From: Verrucomicrobiota bacterium
Lineage (GTDB): Bacteria; Verrucomicrobiota; Verrucomicrobiia; Limisphaerales; PALSA-1396
Assembly: GCA_016200005.1 (NCBI GenBank)
Contig: JACQFP010000066.1
Span: 13,578 to 77,577, forward strand
Length of the DNA stretch: 64,000 nt
Direction: 5' to 3'
This document shows, one piece after another, positions 1 to 13,538 of this stretch (position 1 is the stretch's first letter; every line of letters starts with the position of its first letter). The notes beneath the pieces were generated by a model. That model saw only the letters and a program-made list of their open reading frames with translations. It had not been told where the DNA came from and searched no databases. Made by a program: the position numbers and the translations under genes.

Positions 1-1103
1 TCTTCATCCGTTAGAATATAGCCTTTGGCCAGTGGACTCCGCCCTTCGTCGAGCGCGGCGTAATATTGCGGCAGTTCCTTCAGGTTCTGCCAATAGATGC
101 CGTCCGCCTGTGAAATGGACGACAGGCCAAAGGCATAAATGTCCGCGCCGCCGCGCGTGCTGTAGCCTTGGAAATTCCGCTGCAATGTTTTCTGCCGCTG
201 CGCCACTGCCAGTTCATCGTCCGCGCGCGCGAAGTGGTCCATGCCGATATACACGTAACCACCGGCCGTCAGCTTCTCGATGGTGAGCTTGAGCAATTGC
301 AGTTTGACTTCGGCGCTCGGCAGGATTTTGTCTGCCAAAATCTTTTGCGCCGGTTTGATCCACGGCACGTGCGCGTAGCTGAACACGGCCAGGCGGTCAG
401 GATTAAGCGCCAGGGTTTCGTCCAGCGTCTTTTCAAATGATGCGGCCGTTTGATGCGGCAGACCGTAAATCAGGTCGATGTTGAGCGACGTGAATCCTGC
501 ATTGCGAATCCAATCAACCACCATCTTGGTTTGCGCAAAGGGTTGAATGCGATGGACGGCTTTTTGGACGAGCGGATTGTGGTCCTGCACGCCGATGGAC
601 GCGCGGTTGAATCCAATTTCCCGCAAGGCTTGAACGTGATCGCGTGTCACGCGGCGCGGGTCGATCTCCACGCCGGCCTCTGCATCGACGGCCAGCTTAA
701 AGTGAGTGTGGATCAGCTTGCCGAGTGCGCGAAGTTCGTCCGGGGAAAGAAACGTCGGCGTGCCACCGCCGAAATGCAATTGAACGACCTTCCGCTTTGG
801 GTTCAGCCACGGCGACATCAGCGCGAGTTCCTTCTCGAGATAGTTCAGATAGGTCGCGCTCATGCGCCGATCAGTAGTAATGACGGTAGTGCAACCGCAG
901 AACCAGCAGAGCGACTGGCAGAACGGGAGGTGAAAGTAAAGCGAGAGGTCGCGGTCGGTCTCGCTATTCGCGCGAATTTTTTCCAGCAATCTTTCAGCGG
1001 GCACGGTATCGGTGAACTGCGTGGCTGGCGGATAGGACGTGTAACGTGGGCCAGGCACGTTGTATTTCTGAACGAGATCCAGATTAACTTTGAGCGCGCT
1101 CAT
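1..1103 (-). CDS. hemN: Oxygen-independent coproporphyrinogen III oxidase (radical SAM HemN); 3-prime end lies outside the window
   Basis: Absent from the ORF track because no stop falls in the window. Minus-strand translation from ATG 1103 gives MSALKVNLDLVQKYNVPGPRYTSYPPATQF...LYFHLPFCQSLCWFCGC (CxxxCxxC)...HFGGGTPTFL. The ATG overlaps the hemE stop (ATGA at 1100-1103). Confidence 0.9.
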   Translation of the reverse strand, partial: MSALKVNLDLVQKYNVPGPRYTSYPPATQFTDTVPAERLLEKIRANSETDRDLSLYFHLPFCQSLCWFCGCTTVITTDRRMSATYLNYLEKELALMSPWLNPKRKVVQLHFGGGTPTFLSPDELRALGKLIHTHFKLAVDAEAGVEIDPRRVTRDHVQALREIGFNRASIGVQDHNPLVQKAVHRIQPFAQTKMVVDWIRNAGFTSLNIDLIYGLPHQTAASFEKTLDETLALNPDRLAVFSYAHVPWIKPAQKILADKILPSAEVKLQLLKLTIEKLTAGGYVYIGMDHFARADDELAVAQRQKTLQRNFQGYSTRGGADIYAFGLSSISQADGIYWQNLKELPQYYAALDEGRSPLAKGYILTDE

Positions 1104-2212
1104 GAAAAATTTCGGACGGTGGCGACCAGGCTTTCGATGCACTCCAGCTTTGCGTTGGGCGGCACGCCGTGGCCGAGATTGAAGATGTGACCGTTGTGGC
1201 CGCGCAATGTTTCGAGGATTCGCGCCGTCTCCGCGGCCACAACGGCGGGGGTGGTGTTCAGCAAAAAGGGATCGAGGTTGCCCTGCAAGGCGATGTTCGC
1301 CGGCAGACACTTCCGCACCTCGGCCAGCGATACCGTCCAATCGACGCCGACCGCTTGCGCACCCGTCTGCGCGATGGTGTCCCAACAGCCATGCGTTCCC
1401 TTGCTGAATACGATGACGGGCACCTGGCCTTTCAATGCGGTGATGATTTGTTTGATCGAGCGGGCGGAGGCGGCTTCGTAAGCATTGGCTGCCAAAGCTC
1501 CACCGAGACTGTCGAACATCTGAATGGCGTCCACGCCAGAATCGATTTGGAGTTGCAAGAAGTCGGTGACCGCAACCGTGAGTTTCTTGATCAACCGTGA
1601 AAATAATTCCGGTTCTGAATAAAAGAGTGCTTTGGCTTTCGTGTACTCTTTGGCGCTGCCACCTTCCATCATGAAATTGGCGAGCGTCCACGGCGAGCCG
1701 GCAAAACCAAGCAGCGCGGTCCGGCTGCCGAGGGAACTTTTGATCATCGGCAACGCTTTGGCGACGTATTGCAACCGCTCGGTGACCGCCTGGGTTTCCA
1801 ACCGGTCGATGTCCGCCGCCGACCGAAGCACAAATTCCATCTCGATGCCGCCTTGGTCGCGGAAGTGGTAGCCCTGGCCCAAAGCTTCCGCGACTACCAG
1901 GATGTCGCTGAACAGAATCGCGGCGTCGAAATCGAACCGGCGGATGGGTTGCAGCGTGACTTCCGCCGCCAGTTCGGGTGTTTGGACAAGTTGAAGGAAG
2001 GAATATTTTTCCTTCAGTTTGCGGTATTCCGGCAGCGCACGTCCCGCCTGACGCATCAGCCAGACCGGGGGACGATCCACGGGGCGGCAGCGGCAGGCGC
2101 TCAAAAAGCGCTGACGGCGGGTCCGTTCAATGGCCGGGTTTTTCACGGCAACAAAGCATTCTTCGCTTTGGGCTGCGACCGATTTAACCACGTTCGATTC
2201 GGTGAATTCCAT
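1100..2212 (-). CDS. hemE: Uroporphyrinogen decarboxylase
   Basis: ORF 1100..2326 carries VDRPPVWLMRQAGRALPEYR and FDAAILFSDILVV. Start trimmed to ATG 2212 (MEFTES...). Confidence 0.9.
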   Translation of the reverse strand: MEFTESNVVKSVAAQSEECFVAVKNPAIERTRRQRFLSACRCRPVDRPPVWLMRQAGRALPEYRKLKEKYSFLQLVQTPELAAEVTLQPIRRFDFDAAILFSDILVVAEALGQGYHFRDQGGIEMEFVLRSAADIDRLETQAVTERLQYVAKALPMIKSSLGSRTALLGFAGSPWTLANFMMEGGSAKEYTKAKALFYSEPELFSRLIKKLTVAVTDFLQLQIDSGVDAIQMFDSLGGALAANAYEAASARSIKQIITALKGQVPVIVFSKGTHGCWDTIAQTGAQAVGVDWTVSLAEVRKCLPANIALQGNLDPFLLNTTPAVVAAETARILETLRGHNGHIFNLGHGVPPNAKLECIESLVATVRNFS

Positions 2213-2536
2213 ACTGTTCTTGCAGAAGCATCCGTTCTTTCGCGCGAAGGAGCTAACCATTCCTTGCCTTCTTCCTCTCGGATTTTGGCAAGTCTGCTTT
2301 TGGGGAGGGGGCTGCCAAGCCAGCAATTCTCAATGGAAGCTATTCCCCGATTCATCGGTCAAGCCTGGAGCCATGGAAAACCCGACGAGTTGCGTTATCG
2401 GCTGGTTGGCCGCAATCAACGCACGAAAAGCTCTACGCAGTTGCCGCAAGAAATGTCCACTTATTAGCAACGGCTGTGTAGTGCATGAGGATTGTCTCTG
2501 TCAGATTTCAAACGAGAAAGCGGAGAAGCTGAAGCT

Positions 2537-3124
2537 ATGGAAGCAAAGAAAAACATCGGGAATGGAAAACCAACGAAGGTTCTGAGCGGCGCAAGTCGTC
2601 GAACCTCTGCCCGGCGCGCAGCGGATGACGAGGTGATTGAGTTGGTGCCGTCCCTCCTGAAGTTGCAAACCATCCTGGTGCCGACGGATTTCTCCAAGGA
2701 ATCAAAAAAGGCGCTGCTTTACGCCATCCCGTTCGCCCGACAGTTCAACGCCGGTATCATTTTGCTCCATGTGGTGCAGCCACATTACATCGGGGGTGAA
2801 TTTGGGGTCGTGGATTTCCCGGTGATCGAGGCTGACCTGCAAACACGCAGCCAAAAGGAACTGGCGACCTTGGCCGCCAAAAGCGTGCGTGACCTGGTGC
2901 CGGTCAAAACCCTGGTCCGCGCCGGTTCGCCGGTGAACGAAATTGTCGAGGCCGCCAAAGAATCAAAGGCCGATCTGGTCATTCTGTCCACTCACGGGCG
3001 CACGGGCCTCAAGCACGTTCTGCTGGGCAGCGTGGCGGAGAATGTGGTGCGCCACGCTCCCTGTCCGGTGTTGATCGTTCGGGCACGTGAGCGCGAATTT
3101 GTGAATCCAGAACCAAGATTTTGA
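2537..3124 (+). CDS. Universal stress protein (UspA family)
   Basis: ILVPTDFSKESKKAL...LLHVV...DLVILSTHGRTGLKHVLLGSVAENVVRHAPCPVLIV. Start placed at ATG 2537 after GGAGAA; 2492 is also possible. Confidence 0.8.
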   Translation: MEAKKNIGNGKPTKVLSGASRRTSARRAADDEVIELVPSLLKLQTILVPTDFSKESKKALLYAIPFARQFNAGIILLHVVQPHYIGGEFGVVDFPVIEADLQTRSQKELATLAAKSVRDLVPVKTLVRAGSPVNEIVEAAKESKADLVILSTHGRTGLKHVLLGSVAENVVRHAPCPVLIVRAREREFVNPEPRF

Positions 3125-3146
3125 AGTGAAAAACACAGGAGGAAAT

Positions 3147-4046
3147 ATGATGGCAACTATCGAGTCCGAAACAAAAAAAAGAGCGCCGGTTAAACCTCTC
3201 CGACCGTTCAACACGGCGTTCGGCTGCCCGCGCGAGTTCCTCGACAATCAATTCGTTTACGTCGTCATTTCCCCGCGTGCCGGAGGTTTGTCCGTGGGAG
3301 TCAACATGAACCCGGACAAGAATTGCAACTTTGATTGCGGCTATTGTGAGGTGGATCGTAAGACGCCCGGGCGGAGTCAGGGATTGGACGTGGAGGTCAT
3401 GGCGGCTGAATTGGTGCAGACACTGAACCGCGTCCAGCAAGGCCGCTTGCGGCAGTTGCCGCTCTATCGCAATCTGCCCGACGAATTGCTTCAGCTCCGG
3501 CACGTCGCCCTCAGTGGCGACGGCGAGCCGACACTGTGCCCCAACTTCGCCGAGGCGGTCCAAGCCGTCGTGCATGTGCGCGCCCTCGGCAGTTTTCCCT
3601 TCTTCAAGATCGTGCTCATCACCAATACCACCGGTTTGGATTTGCCCGAAGTCCGATACGGTCTGAAATTCCTCACCAAACGCGACGAGATCTGGGCCAA
3701 GCTCGATGCCGGCACACAGGCTTACATGGACAAGGTCAACAAATCTGAAATCCCTCTCGAAGTCATCCTGGCCAATATCCTGACGCTGGCGCGTGAACGC
3801 CCCGTCATCATCCAGAGCCTCTTTCCACAACTCAACGGCCAGGAGCCGCCCGAGGAGGAAATTCAGCATTACGCGCAACGGTTGTTGGAATTGAAAAACC
3901 GCGGCGCACAAATTCCGCTCGTGCAGATTTACTCCGCCACCCGACCCACTCCTCACTCCGAGTGCGGACACTTGCCGCTCAAAACCCTCTCGCGCATCGC
4001 CGCAACCGTCCGCAAAACCACAGGCTTGAAAGTCGAGGTCTTTTGA
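3147..4046 (+). CDS. Radical SAM protein of unknown specificity
   Basis: NCNFDCGYCEV CxxxCxxC motif near the N-terminus. AGGAGG at 3137-3142 precedes ATG 3147. Confidence 0.75.
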   Translation: MMATIESETKKRAPVKPLRPFNTAFGCPREFLDNQFVYVVISPRAGGLSVGVNMNPDKNCNFDCGYCEVDRKTPGRSQGLDVEVMAAELVQTLNRVQQGRLRQLPLYRNLPDELLQLRHVALSGDGEPTLCPNFAEAVQAVVHVRALGSFPFFKIVLITNTTGLDLPEVRYGLKFLTKRDEIWAKLDAGTQAYMDKVNKSEIPLEVILANILTLARERPVIIQSLFPQLNGQEPPEEEIQHYAQRLLELKNRGAQIPLVQIYSATRPTPHSECGHLPLKTLSRIAATVRKTTGLKVEVF

Positions 4047-4053
4047 TTCAAGA

Positions 4054-4272
4054 ATGGAAGGCATGAAAATGGAAAATGCCATCCGCATCCTCGCCGGCAC
4101 CATGGTTCTCATCAGCCTCAGTCTGGCCCATTGGGTCAACTCCTGGTGGTTGCTGCTGGCGGTCTTCGTCAGCGTAAACCTCATCCAATCCGCTCTCACC
4201 GGCTTCTGCCCGGCTGAAATTGTTTTGAAAAAGCTGGGTGTCGGGAGAGACGGCGCCCCGTGCTGCAAATAA
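4054..4272 (+). CDS. DUF2892 (YgaP-like) small membrane protein
   Basis: Two hydrophobic helices followed by LIQSALTGFCPAEIVLKKLG, typical of DUF2892. Confidence 0.7.
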   Translation: MEGMKMENAIRILAGTMVLISLSLAHWVNSWWLLLAVFVSVNLIQSALTGFCPAEIVLKKLGVGRDGAPCCK

Positions 4273-4312
4273 TCGTTGGCGTTGTTATCGGAGCGGTATT
4301 ATTGACCGAGCC

Positions 4313-5632
4313 ATGAAACTCCGATTACTGTTCCTTGCGCTTGGGGTGGCGTGGTGCGCGAACCTCCCGCTGGCGGCAGCCGAGCCGTGGACGCTCGAAC
4401 GCGCCATCAGCGTGGCGCTGACGAATAATCCGGACGCCCGCATCGCGCAACATCGCATCGCCGCCGCCCGCGCCGGACTTGACGCGACTCGCGCGGCGTA
4501 TTGGCCTCAGGCGCAATTTCAATCCAGCTACACCCGCACCGACAACCCCATCGGTGTTTTCGGCGCCGCCCTTAATCAACGATCGTACACTTCGTCGCTG
4601 AATTTCAACGACGTCCCCGATGCGGACAACCTCAATGTAAAGGGCCTTCTCACCGTGCCGCTTTACAACGGCGGTCGCACCAAAGCCGGGCGCGACGCGG
4701 CCAGGGCCAACACCGAAGCCGCCCGCCAAAACGCTCAAGCCGTCCGCAACACGCTCGAATTCGAAGTGGCCCGCGCTTTCCACACCGTGCTGAAAACCCG
4801 TGAGTTCGTTCGTGCCACCAAAAGTTCGGTCCACTCATTTGAAGGCAACCTCAACATTGCCAGCAACCGCTTCAATGCCAGTACGATCCTCAAAATCGAA
4901 CTCCTCGATATGGAAGTGCGCCTGGCGCAAGCGCGCGAAGACCTTGTGCGCGCCCGCAACGCCAGCAATTTGGCGACGCGCTCATTGGGCAATCTGCTCG
5001 GCGTCGAGGACGCCGACTTCACGGTGGCGACCACAGCACCTGAGAGCGTCGTGCCCGACGGGAAGGATTTCTCTCAACGTTCCGAACTGGCAGCTAGTCG
5101 CGAACAACGGCGCGCAGCCGAGGCCGAAGTTCGCCGGGCGCACGGCGGCTATTTCCCGCGCCTGAACGCCTTCGGCAGTCTCGATTACGATCGCGGCTGG
5201 AAGTTCAATGGCGACGGCCACAGCTACACCGCCGGCGTCCTCGTGCAGTGGAACTTGTGGGACGGGCAGTTGACTCGCGCCAAAGTCAGCGGCGCCCGCG
5301 CGGACCTCGACACCGCGCGCGAAGATGAACGCAAGCTCCGCCTCGCGCTTGATCTCGAAGTTGAACAGGCGCGACTCAGTTTGCAAGAAGCCAGCGAACG
5401 TCTCGCGGTCACCGGCAAGTCCGTGGCTCAAGCCACCGAAAGCGCGGAACTGACGCGCGCCCGGTTTGAGCAAGGGCTGGCCATCGCGACTCAACTTATC
5501 GACTCTGAAACCGCCCTCGCCGTCGCGCGTGTCCGCCGTGCCGAAGCCGAGGCTTATCGGAGCATCGCCATCGCCGCCTTGCGAAAAGCCGTCGGCCTGT
5601 CACTACTCTCTCCGACGCAGATCAGCCGATGA
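4313..5632 (+). CDS. TolC-family outer membrane efflux protein
   Basis: Signal peptide MKLRLLFLALGVAWCANLPLAAA, then LERAISVALTNNPD and two coiled repeat halves. Start trimmed to ATG 4313. Confidence 0.85.
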   Translation: MKLRLLFLALGVAWCANLPLAAAEPWTLERAISVALTNNPDARIAQHRIAAARAGLDATRAAYWPQAQFQSSYTRTDNPIGVFGAALNQRSYTSSLNFNDVPDADNLNVKGLLTVPLYNGGRTKAGRDAARANTEAARQNAQAVRNTLEFEVARAFHTVLKTREFVRATKSSVHSFEGNLNIASNRFNASTILKIELLDMEVRLAQAREDLVRARNASNLATRSLGNLLGVEDADFTVATTAPESVVPDGKDFSQRSELAASREQRRAAEAEVRRAHGGYFPRLNAFGSLDYDRGWKFNGDGHSYTAGVLVQWNLWDGQLTRAKVSGARADLDTAREDERKLRLALDLEVEQARLSLQEASERLAVTGKSVAQATESAELTRARFEQGLAIATQLIDSETALAVARVRRAEAEAYRSIAIAALRKAVGLSLLSPTQISR

Positions 5633-5633
5633 T

Positions 5634-6667
5634 ATGAAGACCAACCGAACCCTCTTTGGAATGAGTCTCCTCATTGCAGCAGCGATGTTGACCGATGGCT
5701 GTGGCAAAAAGAAACAGGAGGGCGCGAACTCACAGAATCTTCCGACCGCCGCCGTTCGCGTGCAAACCGTCGAGAGCAAATCGAGCGCGGCGACGGACGA
5801 AGTCGTTGGCACAGTGCGCGCCAAACTGCGCGCCAGCATCGAAGCAAAGGCAAGCGGGCACATCGAGAAAATGCCCGTGGCGTTGGGTCAATTGGTCAAG
5901 ACCGGCGATCTACTGGCGCAACTCGACACGCGCGAGATTCAAGCCCGGCTCGACCAGGCGCTCGCCGCGCGCCAACCGGCGGAGAATGATTTGAAACGGC
6001 TGACCGTGCTGTTGAAGCAGGGAGCAGTGACACAGGCGGAGTTTGATGCCGCGCAAGCGCGACAGCGCGCAGCATCAGCCGCGGTTACCGAAGCGGAATC
6101 GCAACTGGGCTACATGACGATTGTCGCGCCGTTTGACGGTGTCATCAGCCGCAAGTTCGCCGACGTGGGCGACCTTGCGTTGCCGGGCCGCCCGCTGCTC
6201 GAAATAGAAAAGCCTGACCAGCTTCGTTTCGAGGCCGACGTGCCCGAAGCCTTGATCGGATATATCCACCTTGGTGACAGGTTGACAGTGCGGACGGGCG
6301 CTCAAGACGCTGGCGTCCAGGGTGTCGTCAGTGAAATCTCGCCCATCGCCGACCCCGCGAGTCGCACGTCCGTTGCGAAGCTTGATTTGCCCGCCAACGC
6401 CGGATTGCGGGTCGGTCAATTTGCCCGCGCGCTCGTGGTGGTGGCCGAGAGGAAAGCTCTGATTGTGCCGGCGTCCGCTGTCGTTCAACGCGGCCAGATG
6501 GAGTTGGTGTTCGTCGTCGCGAACAAACTCGCGCAATTACGGATCGTGAAAACCGGCAGGCGGACCGGCAATGAGGTCGAACTGGTGTCCGGCGTCAGTG
6601 CGGGTGAACGGATCGCCGTCAAGGGCGCGGAACAATTGCGCGACGGCCAACCGGTCGCAGCGCAGCC

Positions 6668-6671
<4 letters not shown>
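5634..6671 (+). CDS. Efflux RND periplasmic adaptor (MFP), lipoprotein
   Basis: Lipobox [19 protein letters not shown], coiled-coil hairpin, [16 protein letters not shown]...RIVKTG. ATG 5634 lies 1 nt after the TolC stop. Confidence 0.85.
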
Positions 6672-10033
<3,362 letters not shown>

Positions 10034-10110
10034 CTTGCCTTCCCAAAAATTCTGGATCGACTCTTGACCCGGTTGAGCTAACCTCACCGTGTTGGTTTCA
10101 ATCGCCGGTT

Positions 10111-10187
10111 GCGTCGGTAGCTCAATTGGATAGAGCTTCTGACTTCGGATCAGAAGGTTACAGGTTCAAGTCCTGTCCGACGCACCA
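10111..10187 (+). tRNA. tRNA-Arg (anticodon TCG), CCA encoded
   Basis: Acceptor GCGTCGG/CCGACGC. Anticodon arm TCTGA-CTTCGGA-TCAGA. T-arm CAGGTTCAAGTCCTG. Confidence 0.9.
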
Positions 10188-10601
10188 CCTCGACAAATAA
10201 TCTCTGTCCTCCGGATATTGCGTCGATTGACGCGAACGAATGCTGGACGGATTGAATTGCAAAATCACCCGGCTTTGTGTCTCGAATCGCAAGGACCAGT
10301 ATCAAGGACTCCACTGTTCTTTGTCCGCATCATCACCCGCAATACGATGTGCCGGCGCTCCGTATTATTTCTTCGATGACTTGTTTCTGGTCGTTGCGTT
10401 AAGGGACACGAAGCATGGCAGGAACCAGTCGAGCGATTCCTCTAGGAGCGAAAGTTGTTCAACCTCCTATCCCATTTCAGGACGATCGAGTCGGAAACGG
10501 TCGTGCCCTCAGTCTCATTTCCATCCGATGGGTCAAGTTTTGGAACTGCTTATCGCAATGGCACATGTGCTGCTAAAATCGCCTTGCCATTTGATTACGC
10601 G

Positions 10602-11807
10602 ATGGAAAAAAGAGGAAATGATTGCCACGAAAAGTCGGATTTCGGAGGTGCACGTTTACTGAAAGAGTCTTTCACAGTGGCCCTGGCTGTTGCTTTGAAC
10701 GTGATGCCTGTGCTGCGACTTCGCGGTGAGAACCACTTCGACTACAAGTTCGAGAATTACCAGGAGGAGAACGGGCGCATCCACGTGCAGACGCAAGGAG
10801 CGTTGTTTGGTTACCAGGTTCATCCATCGGTCTCGCTCGAAGGGGAATTCGTTTACGATTCGATTTCCGGCGCGACTCCGAATGGCGTGCTGCCTCCGCC
10901 CGGCACCGACCAGGTTGTGCTCCAACAGATGGAAGACACGCGTTGGGCTGGCAATTTGCAGGCCGGGTTGCATTGGGGTCGGAACACGACGACGCCACAA
11001 TTCGCCTACAGCTTGGAGAGTGACTACGAATCCATAGGTCTGGCGTTAAACCATACGATCGATTTCAACGAGAAGAATACCACAGTGGCGTTCGGGGTCG
11101 CCTACACGCATGACACCATCATGCCAATATTTTGGGGTGGCGACAGGAAGTACAAAAACGGCGCTGACTTCCTAATCGGGCTGACGCAATTGCTGGGATC
11201 GAAGACCATCTTGACGGCAAATCTCACCTATGGCACCGCGCACGGCTTTCTGAGCGATCCTTACAAAGTGGTTCATGTGCCTTACTACCCCGACCCGCTC
11301 AACCCGGACCCTTTCGCGTATAGAAATGAACAACGACCAAATTACCGCAACAAGTACATTGGGTTTCTTGCATTGACGCAATTCGTGACGCCGCTCAACG
11401 GCAGCGCGGAGTTGGGTTATCGCCTCTACCACGACTCGTACGGCATCCTGAGTCATACGGCGTCGCTGACCTGGTATCAGAAAATAGGAAAAAACATCAT
11501 CGTCTCCCCGACGTTCCGATTCACGGACCAGAGCGCGGCCGACTTTTACATTTTGCAGCTTCCCGGTGATCCGGCGGGCGATCCTCCTTTTTTTGCTCCC
11601 CTTCCTAAACATTTCTCGGCGGACTACCGCTTGTCCGCACTGCAAACTTTCACCTACGGAATTGGTGTCACTTGGAAAATCAAGGACCGCGTCTCCCTCG
11701 ACCTTGCCTATAAGCGCTACGAAATGGTGGGCAAGGACAACAAGACCTCGGCGAGCGCTTATCCTTCCGCAAACGTTTTCTCCGCAGGATTGCGCGTATG
11801 GTTATAA
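10602..11807 (+). CDS. DUF3570-like outer-membrane beta-barrel protein
   Basis: Alternating beta-strand pattern ending in aromatic ...GLRVWL. Sits in the conserved DUF3570/ApbE/TlpA/DUF4266 neighbourhood. Start uncertain (10455 or 10602). Confidence 0.65.
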   Translation: MEKRGNDCHEKSDFGGARLLKESFTVALAVALNVMPVLRLRGENHFDYKFENYQEENGRIHVQTQGALFGYQVHPSVSLEGEFVYDSISGATPNGVLPPPGTDQVVLQQMEDTRWAGNLQAGLHWGRNTTTPQFAYSLESDYESIGLALNHTIDFNEKNTTVAFGVAYTHDTIMPIFWGGDRKYKNGADFLIGLTQLLGSKTILTANLTYGTAHGFLSDPYKVVHVPYYPDPLNPDPFAYRNEQRPNYRNKYIGFLALTQFVTPLNGSAELGYRLYHDSYGILSHTASLTWYQKIGKNIIVSPTFRFTDQSAADFYILQLPGDPAGDPPFFAPLPKHFSADYRLSALQTFTYGIGVTWKIKDRVSLDLAYKRYEMVGKDNKTSASAYPSANVFSAGLRVWL

Positions 11808-12784
11808 CCGCAAACAGTGTTTTCGATCGCATCAACGCTTCGGTGCATGAGCTGCCCGTGGTCAACGCGCGAAAATTTGCATTCCGCGCAATGGGCACGT
11901 TGTGCCAGATCACTTTTTCAACAGGGGCTCGGGTCGCGGGCGAGCAATTCAAGCTGGCCGCCGTCCGTTGGGTCGCCGACTTCGAGGCGCGTTATTCCCG
12001 ATTCATTCCTGAAAGCCTGATTGGACGGATCAATCGAAGTGCTGGCCGAGATTGGGTCGAAGTGGACGAAGAGACGGAACGAATGTTCGCGCTTTGCAAC
12101 GAGCTATATTTCTGTACGCGGGGCGCATTTGATCCCACGGCATTGCCTTTGATCAAGTTGTGGGATTGGAAGGCTGAGCCGCCGGTCATTCCGGATGCAA
12201 CTGCCATAAACGCTGCGCGCGAGTTGGTCGGTTGGCCGAAAGTGCAACGGAAGAAGGGCGCGATTTTTCTTCCGCGCGCCGGCATGAGCATTGACCTGGG
12301 TGGGATTGGCAAGGAGTACGCGGTGGACCGCGTCGTGCAATTGGCCGCAGAGCACGGCATCGAAAATGTGCTGGTGGATTTCGGTCAGGACCTGCGCGTG
12401 CAGGGCCAGCCATCCGGAAAGAAGGCCTGGCACATCGGTCTGGAAGATCCGATGAATCCCGGCAAATGTTGGACAGGCGTGGCCGTCAAAGACAAGGCGG
12501 TCGCCACGTCGGGCGATTACTTGCGCAACTTTCAAGCGGGCGGCCGGCGCTACGGGCACATTTTGGATCCGCGATCCGGCTACCCAGTGGACAACAGTTG
12601 TCGGGCCGTTTCGGTGGTGGCTCCCACTTGCACGATTGCCGGCATTCTTTCCACCACGGCTTTCATTTTAGGTCCAACGGAGGGCTTGAACCTCATCAGC
12701 ACGTATATGGGTGCCGATGGGTGCATCATCACTGAACATAACCGTTATCAAACCAGGAGATTCCATGAATATGTCACACGTTAA
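11798..12784 (+). CDS. apbE: FAD:protein FMN transferase (ApbE family)
   Basis: FDPTALPLIKLW, IDLGGIGKEYAVDRVV, VATSGDY and HILDPRSG motifs. Confidence 0.85.
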   Translation: MVITANSVFDRINASVHELPVVNARKFAFRAMGTLCQITFSTGARVAGEQFKLAAVRWVADFEARYSRFIPESLIGRINRSAGRDWVEVDEETERMFALCNELYFCTRGAFDPTALPLIKLWDWKAEPPVIPDATAINAARELVGWPKVQRKKGAIFLPRAGMSIDLGGIGKEYAVDRVVQLAAEHGIENVLVDFGQDLRVQGQPSGKKAWHIGLEDPMNPGKCWTGVAVKDKAVATSGDYLRNFQAGGRRYGHILDPRSGYPVDNSCRAVSVVAPTCTIAGILSTTAFILGPTEGLNLISTYMGADGCIITEHNRYQTRRFHEYVTR

Positions 12785-13295
12785 GAAATCGCTATTGGTC
12801 GGCGCGCTCGCGCTGAGTTTTTGCAACCTGTCAGTTGTCGCAGGCGACAAAGGCATCAAGGTCGGGGATGCGTTCCCTGATCTCGGCAGCTTTTCGCTCG
12901 AAGGCAAAATGCCGGAGACGACGAAAGGCAAGGTCGTGCTCGTGGACTTTTGGGCTTCGTGGTGCGGACCCTGCAAGGAATCGTTTCCCGTAATGGAGGA
13001 GTTGCAAAAACAATACGGGCCAAAAGGCTTAATCATCCTGGCGGTCAACTTGGATGATGACGCGGCCGCGATGCAGGACTTTCTCAAGTCACATCCGGTC
13101 AGCTTCACGGTCGTGCGCGACGCCAAGAAGAAAATGGTCAGCACGGTGAACATCGCTTCGATGCCCAGTTCATTTGTGCTCGGACCGGACGGCAAAGTGG
13201 CGGCGATTCACAAAGGTTTTTACGGCAAGGAAACCAGCAAACAGTACGCGAAGGAGATCGAAGGTCTTTTGAGCGGCGGTCTGGCCAGTAAGTAG
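12765..13295 (+). CDS. TlpA-family thiol:disulfide oxidoreductase (thioredoxin fold)
   Basis: Signal peptide, then VLVDFWASWCGPCKESFP (WCGPC). AGGAGA precedes ATG 12765. Confidence 0.85.
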   Translation: MNMSHVKKSLLVGALALSFCNLSVVAGDKGIKVGDAFPDLGSFSLEGKMPETTKGKVVLVDFWASWCGPCKESFPVMEELQKQYGPKGLIILAVNLDDDAAAMQDFLKSHPVSFTVVRDAKKKMVSTVNIASMPSSFVLGPDGKVAAIHKGFYGKETSKQYAKEIEGLLSGGLASK

Positions 13296-13297
13296 TC

Positions 13298-13516
13298 ATG
13301 AATAAGAAACACTTCATCGCAGCCAGCCTGGGTTGTCTCTTGTTGGGCGCCGGCTGCGCCCACGTGAAACCGTGGGAGCGCAACACCCTGGCCGATTACA
13401 CCATGCGCTCCGACCGCGATCCATTGGCAAACGCGTTCGCGGAGCACATGTGGTTTTCGCGGGAGGCAGCTTCGGGCGGGCGCGGTGTAGGTGGCGGGGG
13501 TTGCGGTTGTAACTGA
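13298..13516 (+). CDS. DUF4266 lipoprotein
   Basis: Lipobox LLGAGC, VKPWERNTLADYTM, C-terminal GGGGCGCN tail characteristic of DUF4266. Confidence 0.8.
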   Translation: MNKKHFIAASLGCLLLGAGCAHVKPWERNTLADYTMRSDRDPLANAFAEHMWFSREAASGGRGVGGGGCGCN

Positions 13517-13538
13517 AAAATAGTTGTTGTCTTGTCGT

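Noticed and set aside
450-1190. 246-aa plus-strand ORF
   Set aside because: It lies antisense to the clearly recognisable hemN coding sequence. This is a typical shadow ORF in GC-rich DNA.
3009-4268. 419-aa minus-strand ORF
   Set aside because: It is antisense to the radical SAM and DUF2892 genes, is Arg/Ala-rich and has no motif.
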